A DNA stretch of 63,841 nt, filler included, from Octopus bimaculoides (taxonomy: Eukaryota): the NCBI RefSeq assembly GCF_001194135.2. It is 9 parts of 9 records of this genome, joined end to end, with 100 filler letters (N's around TTAATTAATTAA, not from the genome) between each part and the next. Parts side by side here need not be neighbours in the genome. Positions count along the whole stretch, not along the records: positions 20,485 to 36,912 come from NC_068987.1; 8 more parts are not named here. One strand, written 5' to 3'. Made by a program: the position numbers and the translations under genes. This document shows, piece after piece, positions 24,001-35,255 of this stretch (positions are counted from its first letter, which is position 1; every line of letters starts with the position of its first letter). Under the pieces are notes generated by a model. That model did not search any database. It saw nothing but the letters and a program-made list of their open reading frames with translations, and had not been told where the DNA came from.

Positions 24001-24465
24001 TATAATGTGGTGTGGAAGAAAGAAAGTGGTGAATTTAGTTGACTTAACGGTTCCTCATGAACATGGACGCTGCTCGGGCTCGAAAGATTGATCGTTATGT
24101 AAACCTCCTAGGTAGAGGTTTCGTTGGACACAATATAAGGCGACTGTTGTTATCGTTAGGCCTAACTTATCGTAAAGTGAATACCATCAACGATATCCAA
24201 ACTACAGTGGAAAAGGCTAGCCACTGGATTTGGTTAAAAAGAGACGATGAGCGATGGCTAAAAGAATATTGAGCTTTATTTGATAACCAGTTGACCTAGC
24301 AATCGGGGCCTCATATCAGTGAGGGCAGCCGATGCGCAATGATGCGGTCGAGAGGTAGGCCCCATAACGGCGCGCATTCTCTCCTGATGGCCCCATACAC
24401 CTGCTGGCTTCCGGTATGCGGAGCTTTCGACTAGTAGCACTTGCATGTGCAAGTTGTTTGCAAAA
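21014..24465 (+). mobile_element. Near full-length decayed RLE-type non-LTR retrotransposon, Hero-like
   Basis: N-terminal zinc finger CKLCCRTFATKGGLKIHQGKTC; RT motifs ARAKSAPGGDG, VWLDLANAYGSVPH, GIAAGCTVS, AFIDDVT; RLE DIIMW...DLTVPHE; C-terminus EKASHWIWLKR; many stops and frameshifts. Confidence 0.9.
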
Positions 24466-24469
24466 TATC

Positions 24470-24625
24470 ATTTATGTTCTTAGTTCAAATTCCACAGAGT
24501 TCGACTTTAACTCTCATCCTTTCAGGGTCGATGAAATAAGTACCAGTTATGTACTGGGGTCAACATAATTGACTAGCCCCCACCTCAAAATTTTAAGCCT
24601 TGTGCCTTTAGCAGAAATTATTATT
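24470..24625 (+). mobile_element. SINE family B, 5' part missing, abutting the Hero 3' end
   Basis: GTTCAAATTCC...CATCCTTTCAGGGTCGAT...CTGGGGTC. Confidence 0.8.
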
Positions 24626-25409
24626 ATCATTGTTGAGGACGGTGGATTAGCAGAATTATTCGTTTGTATTTAGATATACTTCTTTTTGACGAAAACATCA
24701 CAAAGTACATGAAGATGATGATACGAAAATATTTGAAAACATATACTGTACACCAGACACCACCATCACTGCCAATAACAACAGCAACAATTCCGTTACA
24801 CCAGCATTATAATCTTTTACCATAAACTCCTTGGTATAATGGTCTAAATATTTATAAAACTCAGCTATGTGTTAATCATTGATATCTCCACCACTATTTT
24901 TACATACAGAAAGTCAAAAATTGGTTCGACATATCAACTCATTTAATCAACATATAAAATATAATATGGAGTTGATAACATCTAGGGAAATGAGGATAGT
25001 TACGCCTCTTTTCTTCTGAGCTCAAATACTGTCAATTTTACCTTTTATCTTTGCGGCCTAGTGTCCATGTTAGAAATCTTACTTTGACTTCCTTTGATTT
25101 TACATTCTTTTTTTTTTCCTGTTTTTTCTTTTCTTTTCTTCTTTCTCCTCCTCTTTACTCTTATCTTCTGTGTGTATCTCTCTCTTCCAGCATATTATCC
25201 TCCACAATCGCAAAATGTTCCCCTTCCCTTATTGTAAGCTTATTTTTAATTAATAAGCTTATTTGTGATATTATTTTGCTCTTCTATTTTAACTTTTAAT
25301 CATTATTTCTAATTAAATTCATATTTTGATCAATAGTAACATCTTATTTCTGAAGGGTCTTTCACATTCTTTGCTTTTCTACATATTTGTTTGTGTGTGT
25401 GTGTGTGTA

Positions 25410-25441
<32 letters not shown>

Positions 25442-25920
25442 TGCGTGCGCGCGCGTTTTCTTTACGTGTATCTAATTCTATATTTTCATTGACCCACTTC
25501 AATGTTTCTGAGGTTTTTTTTTTCGGGGTGGAGTTTCAGATCAGGACACCCAACCCGCATAAGTTGGATTTTCTGTTTTTGAAGGGGATTTTTCCATTTA
25601 TCTTTCACAACACCCTTGGAAATGTGACAGGTGGGGAGGGGCATCTTTTTAGCAAAAATAAATTAATTTAAAAGAAATTTCTTTTCGAACTTTTTCCAAA
25701 CAAAAGATAAATGCCTGTATTTATGAATTTCTTTTTCTAACTATTTCCTTTGAAAAACAAAGAATTATTAAAACTTACCTTAATTTTCATTATTTGTTTT
25801 ATTTGACTCTGCATTTTAGCCTGTGTTTCATCTCTAAGATAGTGACAACTTTATCATGCGCTTTGACCTTCTCACTCAGCGAGCAGGAATTCCTCATTGA
25901 TGGGAGAGCTGCCTTAGGAT

Positions 25921-26480
25921 ACCTCTAGCAACAATGGCAGCTCTCCCACCAATGACGAGGACCACAATAATAACAACAACAGTGCCTTCAACTTAACCGG
26001 CAGTGGCGATATCATTACCGAAGCTACCACCACCTTCAGTGACGCCAACACCAGCAGTCTCAGCTCCATCAACAACGTCGGCGGCGGCAGCAACAACAAC
26101 AGCAGCAACACCAGCAGGTACATCACCGACAACACACGACTACGGAGATACATTGGGTGATCCGTGAACTCTTTCAAGCAACGTCTCTCCAACCACAGGT
26201 CCTCCTTCAGAGTTCCGGAAAGGAGATACATGACATCACTGGCCAGCCACGTCTGGCAAGTAAAAGACGACGGAATTTCATACTCGATCTCATGGAAAAT
26301 CCTCGAGAACCCAGGCCCCTACATCAACGCGGCGAAGCGTTGCAAGTTAGGCATAGCTGAACGCGCGAGAGTTCTAAAAGACTCCCTTGAACCAGGGGAC
26401 ATCCTTAACTCCAAAATAGAGATTTTCGGGCCATGTTTACATTTCAGGAGGTTCCTGCTAACCTTTTGGAGCCCACAAGA
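25921..26480 (+). mobile_element. Penelope-like GIY-YIG endonuclease remnant
   Basis: YIG*SVNSFKQRLSNHRSSF...SLASHVWQVKD...ISWKILE...KRCKLG...LNSKIEIFGPCLHFRRFLL. Confidence 0.85.
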
Positions 26481-27095
26481 GGGAGGCACAGCCGGAAGTC
26501 GACAGCTAATATCAAAGGGAAANNNNNNNNNNNNNNNNNNNNNNNNNNNNNNNNNNNNNNNNNNNNNNNNNNNNNNNNNNNNNNNNNNNNNNNNNNNNNN
26601 NNNNNNNNNNNNNNNNNNNNNNNNNNNNNNNNNNNNNNNNNNNNNNNNNNNNNNNNNNNNNNNNNNNNNNNNNNNNNNNNNNNNNNNNNNNNNNNNNNNN
26701 NNNNNNNNNNNNNNNNNNNNNNNNNNNNNNNNNNNNNNNNNNNNNNNNNNNNNNNNNNNNNNNNNNNNNNNNNNNNNNNNNNNNNNNNNNNNNNNNNNNN
26801 NNNNNNNNNNNNNNNNNNNNNNNNNNNNNNNNNNNNNNNNNNNNNNNNNNNNNNNNNNNNNNNNNNNNNNNNNNNNNNNNNNNNNNNNNNNNNNNNNNNN
26901 NNNNNNNNNNNNNNNNNNNNNNNNNNNNNNNNNNNNNNNNNNNNNNNNNNNNNNNNNNNNNNNNNNNNNNNNNNNNNNNNNNNNNNNNNNNNNNNNNNNN
27001 NNNNNNNNNNNNNNNNNNNNNNNNNNNNNNNNNNNNNNNNNNNNNNNNNNNNNNNNNNNNNNNNTTATTTAAAAGCATCAGAAATATAACAAAAG

Positions 27096-27133
27096 CTGTT
27101 ACTCAGAGTTTCACGTTCCCGTTCGTCGGACAG
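27096..27133 (-). ncRNA. Minimal hammerhead ribozyme motif with CCGACGA core
   Basis: CUGU-CCGACGA-ACG(ggaa)CGU-GAA-ACUC(u)GAGU-A-ACAG: all three stems pair, GUA triplet. Confidence 0.75.
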
Positions 27134-27221
27134 TTTTGTTAAAATAGAACAGAAATAACAATATGATCAAAACTACATTATTTACATTCGACGGATATTT
27201 GTCCTCATCTTGTTTGTTGTT

Positions 27222-27267
27222 AACACAACGTTTCGGCTGATATACCCTCCAGCCTTCTTCGGGTATC
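27222..27267 (-). ncRNA. Minimal hammerhead ribozyme motif with CCGAAGA core
   Basis: GAUAC-CCGAAGA-A-GGCUG(gaggguauau)CAGCC-GAA-ACGU-U-GUGUU: stem I includes two G.U pairs, GUU triplet. Confidence 0.7.
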
Positions 27268-27357
27268 TTGGGGAAATTTTGAACCTGGGTTCGCATTCCT
27301 AAGGTATTTTTCGATGTTATTATTATTATTATTATTGTTGTTGTTGTTCAGGTCACT

Positions 27358-27419
27358 GAATCGAACTCGGAATCTTGGTGTTAGTAGCCCGCGCTCTTAA
27401 CCACTACGCCATATACCCC
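27358..27419 (-). promoter_or_regulatory. tRNA-like Pol III internal promoter (A and B boxes)
   Basis: A box TGGCGTAGTGG (27411-27401), B box GAGTTCGATTC (27368-27358), anticodon-arm-like segment between them; no complete acceptor stem. Confidence 0.7.
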
Positions 27420-27448
27420 GTGGGCAATTATGGAGTGAATTTTAGCGC

Positions 27449-27600
27449 TTATAAATCTAATATTTTTCTATCCTTCCTTAATACTGGTTCCCATATGCTG
27501 CTCATATCTGCACTCGGTGTGCTTAGGAGGTTCCTCATTATTTTCTGCTGACTGTAGTGTTGGGCCATTTCATAATATGTTGTGTCTTCTAAAATGGATA
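27449..27600 (-). mobile_element. Probable Penelope-like ORF C-terminus upstream of the tRNA-like segment
   Basis: ...DMSSIWEPVLRKDRKILDL* resembles the terminal W..vL motif of PLE endonucleases; the stop is 30 nt before the tRNA-like head. Confidence 0.4.
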
Positions 27601-29863
27601 GTACTAGAGTTATATAGCATACCGTGTAAATAGTATTTAAATTATAACCATTCATATTATTATCATCAAGCAAAGTCACTACACATTTATATACTACATT
27701 TATATACTAAATTTAATTAATTCTACTGGCCTTAGTAAATATATATGGGAACTAAGATTTAAATATTATGTACAATTTAAATTGTGAGATAGTTTGTTAG
27801 GTTAAATCTTATCGAATAGGTAGTGCTTTTTGTTTATTATGTACTAATGAATTTAAGGAGATATTATTAACTGATAATAAAAAATTAATTAATTCCCTAG
27901 ATGAACGAAAAATTAAATGCAGACATAAGTTAAATTACTTATATAAGTTTAGCTAATTTATGTATTTATATAAATCCTATTTTATGTTACTAATTGTTGT
28001 AGTTATGATTTCTAGTAGTAGAATGTGTATAAATTAGCACGAGATTATAAAGGATATATTACATATTTAGAATAAGATTAAACTAAGATGTTCATTAAAT
28101 AAATAAATACATAAATAAATTAATGAAAATAGATTAAATTATTGTAATTTTGCTTCATTCATGTATATTATATATAATGTATTTTACGTATTTTAGATTC
28201 AAGTTATTTAGACGTATTTTAAATTTAAGTTATTTAGACGTTATCAAGTAAATGATAAACTACAGTTAGTTTTTTTCTTATTCTCACGTCTAAAATACAT
28301 TATGTCATCTTAACGGTTTAAATACATATTTCTATCTCATTATTCCATAATCTTTTATTTTCGCCGTTTTTTCACGCGATATATTTCTTATAAACGCTTA
28401 GTCTACGTATTACTTTTAAAATTTTAGTTTACAGCAACTCTTCGAAAAGATAAGTTTTGATTTTATTTTAAGAAAAATTGTTGAATGTTTTTTCGATTAT
28501 TTATTTATTTATTGTTAAAACAAGTATTTTTTTATATATTTATTTCAAATTTATTATAAATACGTACATTGATCTTTTTTTATTATCATTATTATTNNNN
28601 NNNNNNNNNNNNNNNNNNNNNNNNNNNNNNNNNNNNNNNNNNNNNNNNNNNNNNNNNNNNNNNNNNNNNNNNNNNNNNNNNNNNNNNNNNNNNNNNNNNN
28701 NNNNNNNNNNNNNNNNNNNNNNNNNNNNNNNNNNNNNNNNNNNNNNNNNNNNNNNNNNNNNNNNNNNNNNNNNNNNNNNNNNNNNNNNNNNNNNNNNNNN
28801 NNNNNNNNNNNNNNNNNNNNNNNNNNNNNNNNNNNNNNNNNNNNNNNNNNNNNNNNNNNNNNNNNNNNNNNNNNNNNNNNNNNNNNNNNNNNNNNNNNNN
28901 NNNNNNNNNNNNNNNNNNNNNNNNNNNNNNNNNNNNNNNNNNNNNNNNNNNNNNNNNNNNNNNNNNNNNNNNNNNNNNNNNNNNNNNNNNNNNNNNNNNN
29001 NNNNNNNNNNNNNNNNNNNNNNNNNNNNNNNNNNNNNNNNNNNNNNNNNNNNNNNNNNNNNNNNNNNNNNNNNNNNNNNNNNNNNNNNNNNNNNNNNNNN
29101 NNNNNNNNNNNNNNNNNNNNNNNNNNNNNNNNNNNNNNNNNNNNNNNNNNNNNNNNNNNNNNNNNNNNNNNNNNNNNNNNNNNNNNNNNNNNNNNNNNNN
29201 NNNNNNNNNNNNNNNNNNNNNNNNNNNNNNNNNNNNNNNNNNNNNNNNNNNNNNNNNNNNNNNNNNNNNNNNNNNNNNNNNNNNNNNNNNNNNNNNNNNN
29301 NNNNNNNNNNNNNNNNNNNNNNNNNNNNNNNNNNNNNTTTTATTAAAAATAAAACATATTGCTTTATATTTATGATTCACTTTTTAAAAAGTTTTTTCAA
29401 TATCAAATTCCGGTATTGACATAAAAACGGCGAAGTCTCTCAGTCTCCATTTTCATGTTCGCTATTTGTAACCAACTACGATAAACTACTGAAAGAAATA
29501 TTTACGAAGTTCACAAATTTAAATATTCGGTATAAGATACTTTTCAACGTGCTTTTATTTATACGATTTTTTCATTCCATGTTTATCTCATTCATCGTCT
29601 GCAATGTTCTCTCTGTCTGTCTATCTCTCTCTCTCTCTCTCTCCCTCTCACACACACACGCACACACACACATGCATACACACATACATTCCAGGTTTCA
29701 TTTCGTTCTTAACTCGCACACTTCGTTAATTTCCGTAAAACTTTATTTTATTTTTGCACGCTATGTTCAACTATTATGTATTTGTAGTCAGTCACATACG
29801 CACATGTGTTTTTGTATGTACGTTTGTATACATTTATGTATGTGTGTGCATGTGTGTGAGTGT

Positions 29864-30082
29864 GAGTGAAGAGGTGTGTTGTCATGTATACGTGCATACA
29901 TAAATACATATGCATACATCTTTTTCTATGTATGTGTGCGTGTGTGTGTGTAAGAGAAAGAGTGATATCTAAGTGCACTCTTTCTCTCTCTCACACACAC
30001 ACGCACAAGGCATACATACATACAAGAAAGATGTATGCCTATTTATGTATGTACGTATACATGACAACACACCCCTTCACTC
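29864..30082. repeat. Long fold-back inverted repeat (arms ~100-107 bp, 11-nt loop)
   Basis: GAGTGAAGAGGTGTGTTGTCATGTATACG... pairs with ...CGTATACATGACAACACACCCCTTCACTC. Confidence 0.92.
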
Positions 30083-30207
30083 TCTCTCTCTCTCTCTCTC
30101 TCTTACACACACACATACACACATCCATTTCAGCTGATGTTTGATACGGTATGTATATGTATCTGTGTACGTGTGTGTGTGCGTGCGTGCGTGCGTGCGT
30201 GCGTGCA

Positions 30208-31501
30208 GCGTTCCACAATCGCCAGAAAAAAGCAGAGGAATTTTCTTTTTTGATGCTCCTGGTGGCACAGGTAAAACATTTGTAACATTGCTTCTCTCCA
30301 AGGTAAGGTAACAAAAAATAATTGCAGTTGCCGTACCATTCTGGCTTTGCTGCCACCATTCTCCCAGGACGACGAACAGCTCACTCTGCTTTTAAATTAC
30401 AACTAAACCTGGTCACAAGTGACAGTCCAATTTGTAACATAAGCAAAGATTCAGCTTCACCAGAAGTGCTGTGCCAACGCCACTTTATCATTTGGGATGA
30501 ATGCACCATGACACATAGAGGTGCAATGGAAGCTTTTGGTAAGGCCTTACAGGACATCAAAGGCAATGAGAGGAGTTACATTAGTTTTACCAGGAGACTT
30601 CAGACAGACATTACCAGTTATTCCGAGACGAACAAGATCTGATGAAATAAAAGCATGCATTAAGTCTTCACTTCTATGGAATAAAGTACTGAAATTCTCC
30701 TTCAATACTAATGTGCGAGCTTTATTACATGGGGACCAATGTGCAAAACAGTTTTCAACCTGACTCCTACAATTAGGAAATGGGAAAGTATTATTTGATG
30801 GGAATGGTAATATCAGTTTGGCTCATATTGCTATCATGGTGACTTCCCCAGCTGAATTGAAGAACAGGGTATTGCCAGACTTAAGTAATAATTATAATTC
30901 ACATAAATGGGTGCGTGAAAGGGCAATTCTTGGTCCAAAAAATGAGACAGTAGCAAGGATTAACTATGAACTAATGAATGAGAAGTACAAATCAGTTGAT
31001 TCAGTTCCTGATGAAAATCAAGTTGTCCATTACCCAACAGAGTTCCTTAATTCTCTTGAGCCACCTGGAACTCCTCCACATAAAGTTTTTCTGAAGGTAG
31101 GAGTCCCAATAATGCTTCTAAGAAATTTAGATACCCCTAAATTATGAAATGGGATAAGGATGACTGTGAAGACATTACCACCTATTGTAACAGAAGCTAC
31201 CATCATCAATAGATGTGCCTCTGGGGAAGAGGCTTTGATTCCAAAAATTCCAATCAAACCAACAGACATGCCATTTGAGTTCAAATGAACACAATTCCCA
31301 GTGCGACTTTGCTTTGCAATGTCTATTAATAAAGCTCAAGGTCAGTCTTTGAAATCTACTGACTTGCACTTAATTGAGCCTTGCTTTTCTCATGGTCAAC
31401 TTTATGTTGGTTGATCCAAGTTAGGTAGTTTTCAAGACTTATTTGTCTATGCTCCAAACCAGAAAACAAAGAATGTTGTTTACCCAGAATCTCTTATGTA
31501 A
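30208..31501 (+). mobile_element. Helitron PIF1-family helicase pseudogene (C-terminal RepHel)
   Basis: DAPGGTGKT Walker [52 protein letters not shown]; stops and frameshifts. Confidence 0.93.
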
Positions 31502-31701
31502 TTTCCTTCAACATATGTGATAGAATTCATCTCCTTTCATAAACGTGGTAAATTTTGTTACGAAGATGTACTTGCATAGCAAGTGACCTGATCTGAGATC
31601 GTGTGCTAAAACAAAAACAATTGCAGCATGGAAGGTGTTTATAAGCCATTTAAAAACACACAAAAACCGTTAGATTCACTTCAACATTTGAATTTAACTT
31701 A

Positions 31702-31815
31702 GGGTCATCTACCTGGAAGGATTTGTGGTTAGTCAGCCTTCCTACTTATTAAGACTTTGGTTTTAGCTAGGTTGACTCTAAAGCTTTTCGATTCTAATCG
31801 ATTCTGATGGAATGT
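31702..31815 (-). mobile_element. RTE-like LINE RT-thumb fragment
   Basis: LESKSFRVNLAKTKVLISRKAD. Confidence 0.6.
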
Positions 31816-32214
31816 GGCAGAAGTTGTTCTCTGCACATTTTCAGTGTACATATATATATATATATAAATTCCTCTATTNNNNNNNNNNNNNNNNNNNNNN
31901 NNNNNNNNNNNNNNNNNNNNNNNNNNNNNNNNNNNNNNNNNNNNNNNNNNNNNNNNNNNNNNNNNNNNNNNNNNNNNNNNNNNNNNNNNNNNNNNNNNNN
32001 NNNNNNNNNNNNNNNNNNNNNNNNNNNNNNNNNNNNNNNNNNNNNNNNNNNNNNNNNNNNNNNNNNNNNNNNNNNNNNNNNNNNNNNNNNNNNNNNNNNN
32101 NNNNNNNNNATATATATATATATATTTACATATATATATATGTAGATATATATACATATATATACACATATACGTGTATGTGTGTGTGGCTCTGTGTGTA
32201 TATATATATAAACA

Positions 32215-34305
32215 AGATTCCCAGGGAGAGAAAAGTCCTTATGAGACGGCGTACAAAGATTACAAACCGCCTTAACGGAGAACTCAACAGCAGTGAGAAA
32301 TCCCGCCTGGAAACAGAACTGCTGCAAATTGAGAAACAACTGAAGTGCTCCCATGTTAAGGAAAGACCAGACAGAGAAGCTTGGGTCACAAGAGATATAA
32401 AATCCTAATCTTTCTTTAGGTACGAAAAGGAGACTGCCTTCATGCATTGCAAGGTAGGGATACTCCTCCAAAGAGACAGCTCCCTCTCGGGAAACCCAGT
32501 GAGGGTAGATGAAACATTGAATGAACAATTCAAAAGTGTCTTCACCCCTCCGCTAAAGCACATGCAAGTTAGCAAACCTGTGGAATTCTTTACCACTACA
32601 GAAGCTGAACGGAAGGCAGTAACAATTGATTACATCAACATCAAAGAAGAAAATATAATACCGGCAAGAGATGATACAGACACAAACTCAGCTGCTGGCC
32701 CCGATGGATTCCCAGCAATCCTTCTAAAGGTATGTAAACGAGTCCTAGCAAAACCACTGCAGCTTCTTTTTCAGAGCTTCCTTGCAAATAGTAAGCTCTC
32801 AGACAAAATAAAGGAATAATATGCCCTATCCATAAAGGAGGAAGCAGAGCAGATGCTAAAAACTATAGGCCTATCTTTCTGACCTCACACATCTGCAAAG
32901 TCGTGGAACGAATAATCCGAAAGAAATTAATTACATTCCTTGAATAGAATGACTTGCTGACTGACACCCAGCATGGTTTCCGACCAGGTAGAAGCTGCCT
33001 GACACAACTTTCGCAGCATTATGATTGGGTGCTAAAGCAGCTGCTCAACAACTCAAGTGTGGATGTGATATACCTCGACTTCGCAAAAGCCTTTGACAAA
33101 GTTAACCATGGTATGATTTGTCACAAGCTGCATAATCTTGGCATAGTTAGAAAACGTGGAGAATGGCTACATGACTTTCTAAATGATAGAAGTCAGATAG
33201 GGGTGATCAATGGGGCACACTTCTAAGGAAACACAAATAATGAATGGGCACGTTCTTGGGGTCGCTGCTTTTCATAATAACCCCCTCCGACATGCCCTCA
33301 GTTGCTCAAGTAGCCGCCCTTGCTAGCTATGCAGGCAATACAAAAGTCTCTCAGAGGATACAGACCCTGGAGACGTTGTGCATCTGCAACATGAGCTGGA
33401 CGCAATATATAGGCGGACTGAGGAAAATAATATGCAGTTTAATGCTGGAAAATTCCAAGCCCTGAGCTACCAACACATGAAGCTCAATGAAAAGCAGTTA
33501 GGTTATATTGGCCCAGGAGGGATTGCAATCCCTTAATCAAAATCAGTGTGTGACCTGGGCACTGACATGAGTAATGACGCATCTTTCCAGGTGCATATTA
33601 CGAAGTTAGCAATACAATGCAGACACTTGGGCAGATGGATCTTTTGAACTTTTAAAACGAGAGAAAAGGAAACCATGATGGCCCTCTGAAGGACTTTTGT
33701 CCTCAGCCATCTGGATTTCGGCTGCCAATTGTGGTCACCAAACAGTGCAGAATTAACGATGGAACACAAAGCAATCCAGCGAAGTTATACAAAGAAGATC
33801 ATCACAATGCGACATTTCAGCTACTGGGAGAAACTGAAAAAGTTAAGACTCTACTCCCTAGAATGAAGGTGGAGAAGATACGCAGTGATACGCATCTGGA
33901 AAACCCTAGAAAAACGTGCACCAAACTTTGGCATTGTCAGTTACACAAACAGCAGGACGGGACTCCACTGCATAGTACCAAAAATCCCAACATTGCCATC
34001 AGAATACAGGACTAGATACTGCAACAGAGTGAGCTTCAAAAGCCCACAGCTCTTCAATATCCTCCCACAAAACCTAAGAGACCTGCATGGCGTGGATGTA
34101 GGCGTTTTGAAAACAAAACTGGATCTCCTCCTGTCAAAAGTCCCAGATGAGCCTACCTCAAGACAAGAAATATAGATGAGGGCAGGAAAGTCATATTCCC
34201 TCATCCACCAAATGTCACATATGAGAGGAGGTTTAGTCAAAATGTAGCAAAGTAAACGGTGATGCCCCAGCATGGCCACTGTCCTCAGAGACTGAAACTA
34301 AAAAA
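32215..34305 (+). mobile_element. 5'-truncated CR1-group LINE (decayed RT plus 3' UTR)
   Basis: AAGPDGFP, KNYRPI, QHGFRPGRSCLTQL, VDVIYLDFAKAFDKVNH; YADD decayed to YAGN; A-rich 3' tail. Confidence 0.92.
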
Positions 34306-34308
34306 ATA

Positions 34309-34341
<33 letters not shown>

Positions 34342-34830
34342 ATAACAATAATCCTTGGATGAAATGTATAGACATTTAATGCATTGCTAAGCGCATTGCA
34401 CAAATCACATGTCTCTTAAGATCACAATCCGTATTCCTGGGGGTGATTACGGTGTAGTCTATAGTATCCAAAGGCATCAAGTTGATCATTTTCATGTATT
34501 CATTTCTTCAGGCAATATAACATTAATGGATGTACAACAGAGGAATGCTTATCCCTTTTGACCAGTATGAAGGTTGAATGAGTTATGTGAGTATTTCTGT
34601 ATGTATTCGATGGAGAGAAGAAAGTGATAGAAAGAAAAGGAATTGTAGTTATATGGGGATGGAGGTGTGCGTGGTGGTATTGGACTTATTTTGCTATTCA
34701 TTCAGCAGATGTCAAGAATGGATAGTACATTCTTTTGTTTGATCTCATTTAAGTCAACAGATCATCATGTCAACAGAGCATGAAGTCAACAGATCATCCG
34801 GTACTGTCACTACAGCCATCAGTTGTTGAG

Positions 34831-35249
34831 GTTTATTGGCTGGACTGATAAATGATACTTAGGGCGATCATTTCCTTGTTTCTGGCAGTATGGTGTATAG
34901 CATCCAAAACATTGGTTGTTTTGTTTGTCTGTTTGCCTTCCTTCCTTGTTCTATAATGTGTTATTTCGTTTCAAAATATTTTTTTCAAATTCTACAAATG
35001 ATGTTTTGTTTTTATGTTTACATGATATGATCACATTTTCCCAGGATGTGATGATTTCTAAGGTCTCTTCTATTGTGGGAAAACGTGATAAATAGGCACT
35101 TTCAGGTGATCATATCATGTAAACATAAAACCAATATCATGTAAATATAAAAACATTAAAAAATATTTAGGATGCTATACACTATACCACCAGAAACAAT
35201 GAAAAGGTCACCCTAAGAAAGTATCATTTATCAATTCAGTCAATAAACA
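34831..35249. mobile_element. MITE/fold-back-like element with nested inverted repeats
   Basis: Outer arms 34831-34905 and 35170-35249; perfect 25-bp inner arms 35010-35034 and 35106-35130. Confidence 0.7.
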
Positions 35250-35255
35250 ATCGCA

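Noticed and set aside
27358-27419. Functional tRNA gene
   Set aside because: No pairing acceptor stem or T-arm 3' strand and no T-run terminator; treated as a tRNA-derived promoter.
28353-29436. Inverted repeat TTTTCGCCGTTTTT / AAAAACGGCGAA across a gap
   Set aside because: Only ~12 bp, could not be extended, and spans a 740-N gap.
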